DNA of 63,916 bases, counting the filler, from Octopus bimaculoides (Eukaryota), in the NCBI RefSeq assembly GCF_001194135.2. It is 6 parts of 5 records of this genome, joined end to end, with 100 filler letters (N's around TTAATTAATTAA, not from the genome) between each part and the next. Parts side by side here need not be neighbours in the genome. Positions count along the whole stretch, not along the records: positions 24,215 to 31,000 come from NC_068981.1; positions 31,101 to 50,756 come from NC_068991.1; 4 more parts are not named here. One strand, given 5' to 3'. Within the stretch, counting starts at the first letter, position 1. Each line of letters opens with the position of its first letter. Positions 25,819 to 36,266 of the stretch are shown here, piece by piece. The position numbers and the translations under genes were made by a program. Below the pieces are notes generated by a model. That model did not search any database, was not told the origin of the DNA, and saw nothing but the letters and a program-made list of their open reading frames with translations.

Positions 25819-28041
25819 TCATTCTTGAAACACATTAATTTTTTCGATAATTTTATCTAAAAGCGAACTGTCGAGATGAATGTTAGTATTGATTATTGAC
25901 AATAATTGAGGTATGGTAGACGTCATCAATATCAAGGTAATCCTTGTGAATGCTGATAAGGCCAAGTCATTTCGATTTATTACATTGTTGCAAGCAAAGA
26001 AAAAAGATACGATTAGAAACAGTTTTATAATGGATTTACCAATCTCGTATCTCAATGGAAAATGATGGTTAACAATTGTCTTGAACAAATTGGCATTTAT
26101 GAATTCCTCTCCATATTTTGACTGAACTAAATTCGGGCGAATAGTTTTGGTTAAATTTCTAGATTGAATAAGTATAGAGTCATATTGTTTCTGAATAGCT
26201 TTTATAACTGCAGTACCATAGACAAAAAACATGACAGCAAACCATACGCCACCAATAGTACCAGGCTTAGTAAGAACTGCAATACCTACTGAAAACACAT
26301 AGTTGCAAAGGGCTTGAAAACTTGTAAGAAATATATAGATTGAATAAAGTCCCCATAACAGATAAAACGGCAACGATAGAAAAGTTAGAATTACAGAAAT
26401 AATCTTGAAAATATAGTTAGAATTCAAATACAGAGGGAAAATATAAACTCTGAAATAACTTGCTGGTAAAGTTAATATCAAATAGACAGTTGGGATTCCG
26501 TAATAAAGGAGGCACAGAAATAATTCACAGACAGAAAACACAACAAAAAGAATTGTAATGGCAACGAAAAACCAAAGCAATATGAATTGGCAGAAAATAT
26601 TTTTCTTGTTGTAATAAAACCAATTTTGCTTTATACGATTAATCCAAGTATAAATTATTAAATGCCAGAAATTTGGGTTTAACGCAGTAGAAATATTAGC
26701 TTTCATTATTGCATAGAGTAAATCATAATCCCGTTGTGTAGAAACATTTAAATTGCCATACTTCTCTAATAATCTCTTATTTTGAATGAGAAATGTGCAA
26801 GTGGATCTTTGATGTAATGTATTATAAGCGATAGTCTCACTTAAACGACTGGGAAGAACGAGGAGGATAAAGTTGAAAGATACGTAACTGATTAAGCTCA
26901 CAAATGGACCCCCGAAGAAGCCATCTGAATTCTCATAACTTCGCGAGATTCCTAATATTAGGGCGCGATAGCCCAATGGTATACCATCTTGGAATAGTAT
27001 TTTTATTGTTTCATATAAAAAGAAGTAATGCATCAAAAGATCCATGAAAATTACTGAAAGAGAGAATAGAATACAAAAGAATCTTCTCAGCCTTGAGGCT
27101 AAGAGAGTGGAATGGTGAAAGCAAAACAACCAAGACAGAAAATGAGAGAATGTGTAAATATTATTGCTTTCATTGATCCACTCGGATTCGTGTGGCAATG
27201 TGTTTTTAGTTGTTAGTAAGAAGTCTTCTTGAGCAAACAGTCGCAGATTGAGTTGACGGGAATATGAAGGTAATTTAGCTTTTGATACAAAAATAATAAT
27301 TAATGGTAATATAGCCCACAAAACGGCTCCGACGATGTTCTCAAAATTGACAAACATAGCATTTTCAATGATGTTTCCCGAACAAATAGATTTGGGATGA
27401 TAAACATAACTTCCATTTTTATAGACCTCACAGCAATAGTTCTTCAGTATCTCTCGGTTTATACCAATTCTTCTGTAAGCTTCAAGTGCTCTAGGGTTGT
27501 TCTTCTTCATATCACTTGACAAATTTATATAAAAACACATGTATCCAGATTTTCCTGTATACAATTTGTCGATAAATAAGATTTTTTTCACTTCCTCGAA
27601 AATCAAATATATTAAATCATGTCTCTGAATATTTTGTTTTCTACAGTGTATATTTATATCAATTCTTGGATTAGCAATGTAGACGTCTAATAAATTAAAA
27701 GAGTGAATTGAAAAATCATAGAAAAACTTTTTATAAGCAATTAAACCATCTGGTTCATCCGGAATCCAAGTAAAATGTCTCGCATTTGCAAAATAATCCA
27801 ATGGTATAGGGTTTAGTAGGCTATCAATTTTTTTATCAGATAAATGAACTTCAAAATTAAAAACCTTTTTTTCTAATTTTACTAAACGAAATAAAATCTC
27901 ACTGACATTGGGAGAAATTTTAATTTCGCAATTATTTCCGAGTTCCTTCGCATTGATGTTTAGTGATGTCAGTATGATAATAAGAATGATTGAAATAATA
28001 AGAGAACTGGTTGCTGTTAGTGTCGTCTGTACGGCAGCCAT
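25819..28041 (-). CDS. Uncharacterised multi-pass membrane protein, 740 aa, single coding exon: signal peptide, Cys-containing ectodomain, ~9-11 TM segments
   Basis: Uninterrupted 2223-nt ORF in stop-rich AT DNA. Hydrophobic N-terminus (LIISIILIIILTSL) ending NINA|KE. Residues ~32-232 have six Cys (38, 133, 169, 203, 204, 220) and sequons N45, N173, N209. Hydrophobic stretches near 233-253, 321-343, 375-397, 482-540, 543-590, 596-613, 669-688 and 694-717 (judged by eye). In-frame TAA 9 nt upstream of the ATG; AATAAA directly after the TGA. Confidence 0.92.
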   Translation of the reverse strand: MAAVQTTLTATSSLIISIILIIILTSLNINAKELGNNCEIKISPNVSEILFRLVKLEKKVFNFEVHLSDKKIDSLLNPIPLDYFANARHFTWIPDEPDGLIAYKKFFYDFSIHSFNLLDVYIANPRIDINIHCRKQNIQRHDLIYLIFEEVKKILFIDKLYTGKSGYMCFYINLSSDMKKNNPRALEAYRRIGINREILKNYCCEVYKNGSYVYHPKSICSGNIIENAMFVNFENIVGAVLWAILPLIIIFVSKAKLPSYSRQLNLRLFAQEDFLLTTKNTLPHESEWINESNNIYTFSHFLSWLFCFHHSTLLASRLRRFFCILFSLSVIFMDLLMHYFFLYETIKILFQDGIPLGYRALILGISRSYENSDGFFGGPFVSLISYVSFNFILLVLPSRLSETIAYNTLHQRSTCTFLIQNKRLLEKYGNLNVSTQRDYDLLYAIMKANISTALNPNFWHLIIYTWINRIKQNWFYYNKKNIFCQFILLWFFVAITILFVVFSVCELFLCLLYYGIPTVYLILTLPASYFRVYIFPLYLNSNYIFKIISVILTFLSLPFYLLWGLYSIYIFLTSFQALCNYVFSVGIAVLTKPGTIGGVWFAVMFFVYGTAVIKAIQKQYDSILIQSRNLTKTIRPNLVQSKYGEEFINANLFKTIVNHHFPLRYEIGKSIIKLFLIVSFFFACNNVINRNDLALSAFTRITLILMTSTIPQLLSIINTNIHLDSSLLDKIIEKINVFQE

Positions 28042-28051
28042 ATTTCGTTAT

Positions 28052-28075
28052 CTGTAAATAGAAAAGATTGAACAC
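28052..28075 (-). other. 3' splice acceptor 10 nt upstream of the ATG, implying an upstream non-coding exon
   Basis: Minus strand reads gtgttcaatcttttctatttacag|ataacgaaatATG; AG at 28053-28052. Confidence 0.7.
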
Positions 28076-28249
28076 GTCAAATAATGAAGAATGATTTATT
28101 TTCTTTATTTTGTAAGTTTTTGAAATGGAGAATATTTATTTAAAGCAGAATGTAAATTAATTAATATACATAAATATTTTGCTCGATATATCCCAGGAAA
28201 TCTTGTTTTGCTGTTTCCATTTTTCTATTGATTTTTGTTGTTAAATAGG

Positions 28250-28460
28250 TTCTGGGAAATTTTTAATTGCAAGAAATTCCGGGAAATATTCATTATAAAC
28301 TGAATGTAAATCTATTTTATTGTTTATTTACTAATAAAAAGAAATATTGTGGCCAGCGAGGCCGAGGAAATTTTGCATTTTGCTGTTGCGAACTATTTTT
28401 GTTGTAACATTTTCTAATTTAAAGTTTAGTGAATTCTTGGGAATTTTGTGATTGCAAGAA
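28250..28460. promoter_or_regulatory. Cluster of STAT/GAS-type palindromes upstream of the 740-aa CDS
   Basis: TTCTGGGAA 28250-28258, TTCCGGGAA 28277-28285, TTCTTGGGAA (N4 spacing) 28434-28443, plus TTGCAAGAA at 28267 and 28452. Function not demonstrated. Confidence 0.4.
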
Positions 28461-29221
28461 ATTTGCGGATTTACACTCGCACATACAAGCACATGGACTA
28501 ACACACACACGCGCACACATACATGCACCAACACGCACGCACACACATGCACACACGAAAACACACTCACGCACACACACAAACATACAAGCACACACAC
28601 ACTCGTACACACACACACGCACATACATACAAACACTAACATACACACACCCACAAGCACTCACACCCACACACACTCATACACATACATACAAACACTC
28701 ACACATACACACACATGCACAAACACATAGATTGTCACTTGTAAACTTCATTATTTTAGAGTCAAGATTATTTGCCAACATGGCAGTCCTGGTTTCTTCA
28801 TTATTTCAGTGAGGCATTGAAAACTGGTCTTCTTTTACGCAAGAAAAAGTAAGGAATATGCTCCAAAATTTGAATTTTGAATTTTGTTTTACCAAATTAC
28901 GTTTCTCAACAGCTCAAAGTATTTTTTCAGCTTTAAAATTATTGCCTTTGTGTTCACGTGCTTTTCATTAAATCGAATATTATTCTTTCTTTCTTTCTTT
29001 CTTTCTTTCTTTATTCCTTTTTTTTTTTTTGCACATTACAAATGAAACTACACATTTGTCTTCGGCTACAGAATCTAATGAGACGTTCACGAGACTAAGC
29101 CTTTCGTGGATGCGAAACCATTGGTCACTCTATGACCGGACATAGATTTAACTACATATAAATACATTACTGCCCTACGCTTTAGAGTGTGTTTCTTTTT
29201 CGGATATATGATACATTGGCG

Positions 29222-29226
<5 letters not shown>

Positions 29227-29293
<67 letters not shown>
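29227..29293. repeat. (TAA)n microsatellite, 5' flank and target of the Dong insertion
   Basis: Direct reading; abuts the Dong 5' truncation point. Confidence 0.95.
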
Positions 29294-29295
<2 letters not shown>

Positions 29296-29329
29296 TATGG
29301 AATAACAATCGAAAAAAGATGGTATAGGC

Positions 29330-30487
29330 CAGAGATGGGAAACCTGCGGCCTTCTGCAGCTCTTGATGTAAATGTTAATATATATTTTTTAAGACCTTGA
29401 TTTTTTTTTGTCTATAGTTTTTATGCATAAATTTACAACACACACGCACACACACACACACACACACATAGATGAGAGGGAAAATAATTGTGTTCAGTGA
29501 TGTCACTCCCAGAAATTGGAACCATTTTTCTAATGAATATAAACTTAAAGCGACATGGCTATAAAGACAACATTTCCTTGTCAGTCACACCATCCTAGTG
29601 GAGTGAGTGATCTCACGCGTGATACAAGTAAAGTTCCTGTTTCGTATTCCTCCTCGCTGTGGTCTGTGCTAAGTACTACTCAATGTCTTCACGCGTGATA
29701 CAAGTAGAGTTTCTGTCTCGTATTCCTCCTCGCTGTGGTCTGTGCTAAGTACTACTCAGTTAACTGTAGTCGTGACTAAGTTCATAGTGACTTGGGAGGT
29801 TGTAAGTCTGAGTTAGTTACAGCCTCATTTGAAAGCGTACATTCATCAGTGCATGTGTTGTTTTGCAGACTTCGTTTTTTATCACTGAGACTTAATTAGT
29901 AACAATGATCGAATTCATCGCTACTCTGTTAGGCCTACTGCACACTGTTCCAGATAAAACGGTTTTAGATAAGACACAATCAATCAGCGTCCGAAACCAT
30001 GTTCTTGGAATCTTGGTCATGACTTTACCATTGTCATTGATTTGATTGAAAACCATCAATATTTTACATTATTTCTATATTAATTGGGTAATGATAAATA
30101 ATAGTACTAATTACAGAAAAGAATATTACGAATCTAGATGACAATTATTTTCAAATGGTAGTGGCAATTGCCGAATTCAAGACCAAGAATATGGTTTTGG
30201 ATGCAGGTTTATCGTATCTTGTCTGAGATCGTTTTTTCTGGGTCAGTGTGCAGCCGGCCTTACTAATTCATTTACTTAAAAAAAAGTTCCTACTTAAGTA
30301 AAATATTTGAAAATGTCATATTTACAATTTCTATTCACCTGTCTTTTTTTATGACATTGCTATTAAGTTATTTAGTGGCCTAAGCCTAAGGATGAAATGA
30401 CAAAAATAATATTTGTTCAATGCAGCCTCTATGAAGGGCGGTGAATTGTAAGGTGGCCTTCATGAACAAAAAGGCTCCCCACCCCTT
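29330..30487. mobile_element. Non-autonomous hAT (Charlie-like) DNA transposon with 8-bp TSD
   Basis: Imperfect TIRs cagagatgggaaacct / aggctccccacccctt. TSD gtataggc (29322-29329) / gtatagga (30488-30495). Removing the element restores the Dong reading frame. Confidence 0.7.
29613..29758. repeat. 76-bp tandem duplication, each unit starting with the palindrome TCACGCGTGA
   Basis: Units start at 29613 and 29689 and are nearly identical (…cgtattcctcctcgctgtggtctgtgctaagtactactca). Confidence 0.9.
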
Positions 30488-30967
30488 GTATAGGAACACA
30501 CCAGAAAAGGTCACAGAAAATGAAAAAGCATGCCAATACACACCGATAGAGAAATTAAGGCCAGATATAGTTGTCAGAGATCATGAAGAAAAAATGCTTT
30601 CTATTTGATGTATCAATACCAACAAACGGCAACGTTTCTCTAAAAGAAATGGAGAAACTTTCAAAATACAAAGACCTGGAAATAGAGGTAACTCGAATGT
30701 GGAATCTAAAAACAGAAACAATTCCTATCATAGTAGGTGCCTTAGGTATAATAAATAAATATTCAGACAAATACATAACAAAAACACCAGGACTTACAAA
30801 TATATATAACATACAGAAAATTGCACTACTGGGCACGGCACACATCCTACGCAAAACACTTTCAATACAGTAAACATAAGAGCATTACAGCAAACCACAG
30901 CACATACCCAAGGCACACAGAGCTGCGCTCGGTAGTGAAGTGAAAGCACGATATAAAAATAAGACTT

Positions 30968-31000
<33 letters not shown>

Positions 31001-31100
31001 NNNNNNNNNNNNNNNNNNNNNNNNNNNNNNNNNNNNNNNNNNNNTTAATTAATTAANNNNNNNNNNNNNNNNNNNNNNNNNNNNNNNNNNNNNNNNNNNN
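31001..31100. other. Artificial scaffold-join spacer
   Basis: 44 N + TTAATTAATTAA (31045-31056) + 44 N. Confidence 0.95.
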
Positions 31101-31725
31101 ATATATATATATATATATATATAGTTGCGCTTCAGATTTTTTGTGTCCATGGAAAAAATAGTGGATCAATCAGAATATTTTCAAGTTTCGTTTCACTTTC
31201 ATTAGAGAAAGATTATTGCTTCTATGTCCACAGAGACAATATCAAATTGTAGCATGTTATAATGTATATGAACTTAGATACAATTCAACTGGTCTGTCTA
31301 TTTTGCATAATAGTATATGCGTTAACACCATTAAACAGTGAGTTATTTTTCATTGGTGAATTGAAAGATAAAATAAATCCTTTCAAGGAACATAGAATTC
31401 AGCCTTGAGAGTAAGAACAAATATATTGGTTAAAACAAGTCTTCCTAAACATAAAACGGGTTCAATTTGCCTAGTTACTAGACAATTTAAACCATTTTTT
31501 CAGAGACAGATTAACCATTCTCTCTCTTGAAAATGAATGACTGTACAACTATTTATAGAGTACAGAAACTCGGACATGCACTGAGAACAGGGATTAATTC
31601 ATTTACAAATAATACTCTAATTTCCTCTAGATTTTGGGTGTGTTGTTATTTTGATTACACACATACAGACACACATACACGTATGTATGTATATATACAT
31701 ATATATATATGTATATATACATATA

Positions 31726-31759
<34 letters not shown>

Positions 31760-32364
31760 CTATATACACACATATACACATATATGTATGTTTGTATATA
31801 TGTATATATATATGTATATATACATGTGTGTGTGTGTATTATATGCATACATAAATATGTATGTATGTGTGTATGTCTTTTGATGCACATGCAAATACAT
31901 GTAGGTATACCCACAATATATGCCAAAATTTAACCTATACCCGACCAGACATGAGTGTCACTAACTTAAATGTAAGAACAATAGCATTTAAAAGAACCTT
32001 CAAATTTCACTATAAAGCATGATATTCAACACCACCCACTGAGCACCAAAAAAAAAAAGAGCATTAACTATTGTAGCTGAAACACAGATAATAGAGTAAA
32101 ATATATTCGAAATACAATACGAATGTATTAATATCTTCAATTATTAACGTTACTTTCACACAAAGAATCTGCTTAAGCGTAAATACCACGTGTACTTCAC
32201 TCACTGTTCCATCCTCCCCCGCACACAACCACACATTATTGGAATAGCATCTTTATTATTCGCCATGTACTTGCATGTTTATCAAAACTTCATATAAGTT
32301 TCTTCAAAGATTTTGACATAAAAGTAAATTTTGAAACACTTCATCAATAAAAGTTTTATGAATA

Positions 32365-32409
<45 letters not shown>

Positions 32410-33299
32410 AAACAAGTTAAGAATAATGGTTACCACATATAATACCTTTATTTGAGCAAATTTTGCTTACGGCTGTTTCCAGTCAACATTATAGCTACAT
32501 TTCTGATAGGTTAACTTAACTGATCTATTGATGATCAATTGAGGCAAATTGAATGACCTAAGAAAATTGATGCTACTTTCATCAGAGCCATTTCTGGATA
32601 TAAGAAGCAGAGCACTTGAGAAATGGCTATTGTATGGGGAAGGTGGGATAAGATGGGGATATTCAAGTAGAATAGAGAACAGGGGAAGACAGGTTACAAA
32701 GAGGTGGAAGCAAGTAAGGGAGTAGTGCAGAAGTCACTTACTAGAAGTAGGGGCATTGTATTGCTAAATTTAGAAGAGGGACAATCTCAAACATGGGTCA
32801 GCACCTATTATCATATTAGCATTGTATATAGGTTAAATCTTCTCCACCCAGTGTGTTGAAATTGTATATATATACATTGCGGAATCAACGATGGCAACGT
32901 TGTTACAAATCCAGTAAAATTATAAATCAGATTTACGCATCTCTGAACGTTTAACAGTGCAGTTGTATTATATAATTTACGTTATATATGATAATCATTC
33001 TTTGTTAATGAAATGTGCATAAGATGATGTAACCCAATATTTTATAAACAACTGTCTTGTTTTCTTTTGTTAAGCATATGTACTAGTTGACATATCCAAC
33101 AATGGATTCTAACCAAAGAATATATGGACTATAGCATGTCCTCCTCACGGTTCTCTTTCAGACATTCATGGCAATCGTGCCTGAAACGAATCCCGATCTC
33201 AGCTGGCACTGGCCCACAGTACTTGATATGGGCCTTTATCTGGAATCACAAATGCTAGACTATTGGTAAATGGGTTCATTGTCTTGCGAGAAAAACGCT

Positions 33300-34250
33300 A
33301 AGAAGTAATCAATATAATTTTTTCAGTAGTGGGATGTCTAAGACGGGCCATACCGTCACAACTCGGGTAACCAAACTGGGTCCTAAGTCTTTGTTATTTT
33401 GCACTCCTTGGGACCGTACCAACGAGAACAAAGGGGAGATTCTGGTGTTTGAGAAATCCAGGATCTCCGTATATATCCAGCTCAAGATTGTAGACTGGAA
33501 AGGTCCATACATAACAAATAATATGCATGTTATACAGTTAATATTGAATGTCTTCAAAAGTGGAAGGCAGCTACTGATAAAGGATCAAGGTAGTCTTAAG
33601 CTGCGATCATCTCCTGCCCCAAATGTATACTGTCTTTCAACTTTTGTTTCTCTTGTCTCAATGAGAAATGAAGAATGGATTTTCTCTTTCAAATCATGTT
33701 TTTCACAAACATATTCTATATTTCTGGAGGGTGACACTTACCTCTCAGCACTCACTTTCTCTTCCGCTATAAGTGATCTAGCAGATGTTGATGAGTATTT
33801 AGCTGTGGACGTAACTCCATGTCCTTAGGTTTTTCAATCGTTCCAGCCACAGTATCTTTTTCATAATAGCCACTAAGCGGAAGAATGTTACCCAACTTCC
33901 CAAGGAAGGTGGTGGGAGGATTTACAACCGTTTTCCGTCCTGTATGTATTAATAGCATTTCGATATAGTTCCACAAGTCAGCAATCAGTGAACGCTAAAC
34001 GAGTTCTTGGAGGACTATTCGATGTTCTCATCACATCTTAAACATTTCCTGCTGTCAGCACTGCAGTGACACTAGAGTTTACTTTGAACAGGTAATGTCC
34101 TTCAATATCACAAACTAGGACAAAGACGTCTGAAAAATCAATGAAATCCGACATAAGTGTTCCCTGCTAGTGTTATGCAGATCATCCGCATTAAAACCTA
34201 GAGTATCCCTAAAAGTATAGTCATAAATACTCACAATCAACTCTTCATAG
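33300..34250 (-). pseudogene. Decayed DNA-transposon ORF with XPG/FEN-like motifs (probable AcademX remnant)
   Basis: Minus strand gives SDVFVLV (34133) and, in the same frame, AFTDC*L (33995), resembling DTDVFVLL and AxTGCD. LPSTFEDIQY*LYNMHIICYVW (33570-33505) has the same spacing as the LPPTxxALxxHxxRAxYQxxIW motif. Many stops; motif match is from memory. Confidence 0.4.
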
Positions 34251-34460
34251 TATTTAAAAAATTATGAGTTGCTGCACTACTAATTGCAATTTGAGACTAG
34301 TAGAAGGCTGTCAGAGCTGGCAATATTCAAGCTGCTGCGCATCCACCTTCGCTTCCTTCTTCTCCAATAAACCGAAGCGGTAAACTCTCAACAAGTCAAT
34401 CAGGAAAACAGAGGTTCAATTACACTTGAGGCACTTTTAAATTTGGTGATCACTAAATAT

Positions 34461-34630
34461 AGGCAGCGAGCAAAGAGAATCGTTAGGACGCCGGGTGAAA
34501 GGCTTTGCAGTATTTCGTCGGTCACCACGTTCTGAGTTCGAAATTCCACCGAGGTCGACTTCACCTTTCATCCTTTCGGGGTCAATAAAATAAGTATCAG
34601 TAGAGCACGGGGGTCGATGTAATAGACTTA
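34461..34630 (+). mobile_element. tRNA-derived SINE family B
   Basis: aggcagcgag…gaatcgttag…ttctgagttcgaaattcc…cctttcatcctttcggggtcaataaaataagta. Related copies at 43003, 44610 and 62537. Confidence 0.8.
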
Positions 34631-35183
34631 ATTTGATCCTGGGCATGAGTATAAAAACTGCATCCCTCTACCAAACCACGACGAGCCAGCATGGCAGAGT
34701 GGCTCGCCAAACCAGTATAATCTAAAGCTCAAACTCACGGCCTCCACATCGGACTGTGGTTGGTGGAGAGAACATGTTAAGGCCTTCGTCCTGTAGTGGA
34801 CTGAACATGGGCAATCCAATCCAACCCCAGCACTAAATAAGTAGTGGATCGGCAGAGTCGTTCGAACGTCAGGCAAGATGCTTTGGAGTTTCTAATCAGG
34901 TTGTTTGTATTCTGATTTCACATCCTGCTTCGGTTAAGTTTGTTTGCATTTGGTTCTTCTGAGATCGATAAAACAAAAAACCATTGAAATTCTTGTATCA
35001 ATTTAATCGACTACAGACCAACAACAAAAGGTACGTAATGGGTGAGTATAACATAGCAGAGTTCAAATAGCAGCTCGACCTTGGGGTTCCAGCTACAGGT
35101 GAAATTATACACCGATTAGAGCATACCGTAACCACATAAATATTATTTATCTGTAACTCTATGCTCTTCTTAACACAGCACGT

Positions 35184-35221
<38 letters not shown>

Positions 35222-35621
35222 GCACTAACACACGCACTGACACACACGCATACGCACAGTCGCATGTGCAGTCACATACACATAAACTCTTTCGTAAACG
35301 GGCGCCATTAACAGCGATAACGCGAAAGAAAAAGATTATGTCCATGGAAAATGCATTAAACGACATAATTCTTCACTTTCATCTCTAATGTTTCATCGCA
35401 TTTACAAGAGTCTGTATCTTGTTTTGACATTCAAGCTGTCTAGTAAACTCAAACGTATCAGGCTAAATAATACGTGTTTGGTTGAAGTTTATCAATAATT
35501 AAGGGCATAAACACATTTCAAATGTGTAAACGGTTACGTAGTAACTCGAACACACACATGCACTTGTATCTATGTCTAAGTCTGTGTATGAACACATATA
35601 TAAAAATAAAATTATATATAC

Positions 35622-35623
<2 letters not shown>

Positions 35624-35683
<60 letters not shown>

Positions 35684-35714
35684 CATACATACATACAGAC
35701 ATACATACATGCAC

Positions 35715-35747
<33 letters not shown>

Positions 35748-35800
35748 CATACATACATACATACGTGTATATATGTATATACACATATGTATGTATGTAT

Positions 35801-35850
<50 letters not shown>
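35624..35850. repeat. Compound (TCTA)n/(CATA)n/(TA)n microsatellite
   Basis: Direct reading; source of several spurious ORFs. Confidence 0.95.
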
Positions 35851-35853
<3 letters not shown>

Positions 35854-35909
35854 AACACACACATATATATATTTACATATATAGGCATGTATATATGTAT
35901 GTGTGCGCT

Positions 35910-35950
<41 letters not shown>

Positions 35951-36266
35951 GGCAGATTTATAACGTAACTGCCTTAGAATTTTTACCAGTGATTCATACT
36001 GAAGAAGGTTGAGGCCCTCGGGCCATAAATCCAAAACCATGGTATAGGAGTATCTCAATGGCATATTCTTTAAAGGCATGCTTTTTTAATGTCTTAATTC
36101 TTTGTCTGTTTCCTCGCCTACTGTTGTGTTTCTGTAATTTGGTGCCTTCCGGCGGTTGAATTGGGAATTTAACTCCAATTTATAAACAGGCTGATGCATT
36201 TTCCGCATCCTCATGCCTTGTGCTAACTTTAGATTATATATATATATATATATATATACTTATCTA

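Larger units (their letters stand above)
29294..30970 (+). mobile_element. 5'-truncated R4/Dong-clade non-LTR retrotransposon (restriction-like endonuclease), interrupted by a hAT insertion
   Basis: YGITIEKRWYR (29296-29328) continues as HTPEKVTENEKA after removing 29330-30495. It then reads RPDIVVRDHEEKKCFLFDVSIP…KYKDLEIEVTRMW…IIVGALG…IQKIALLGTAHILRKTLSIQ* (stop 30873), followed by a 3' UTR and a (TAA)n tail at 30971-31000. Confidence 0.88.

Noticed and set aside
25819-28041. Identity of the 740-aa protein as a cephalopod chemotactile receptor (Cys-loop) or a GPCR
   Set aside because: Too long and too many hydrophobic segments for a 4-TM pentameric channel subunit, with no closely spaced M1-M3. 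No DRY/NPxxY or GPS motif.
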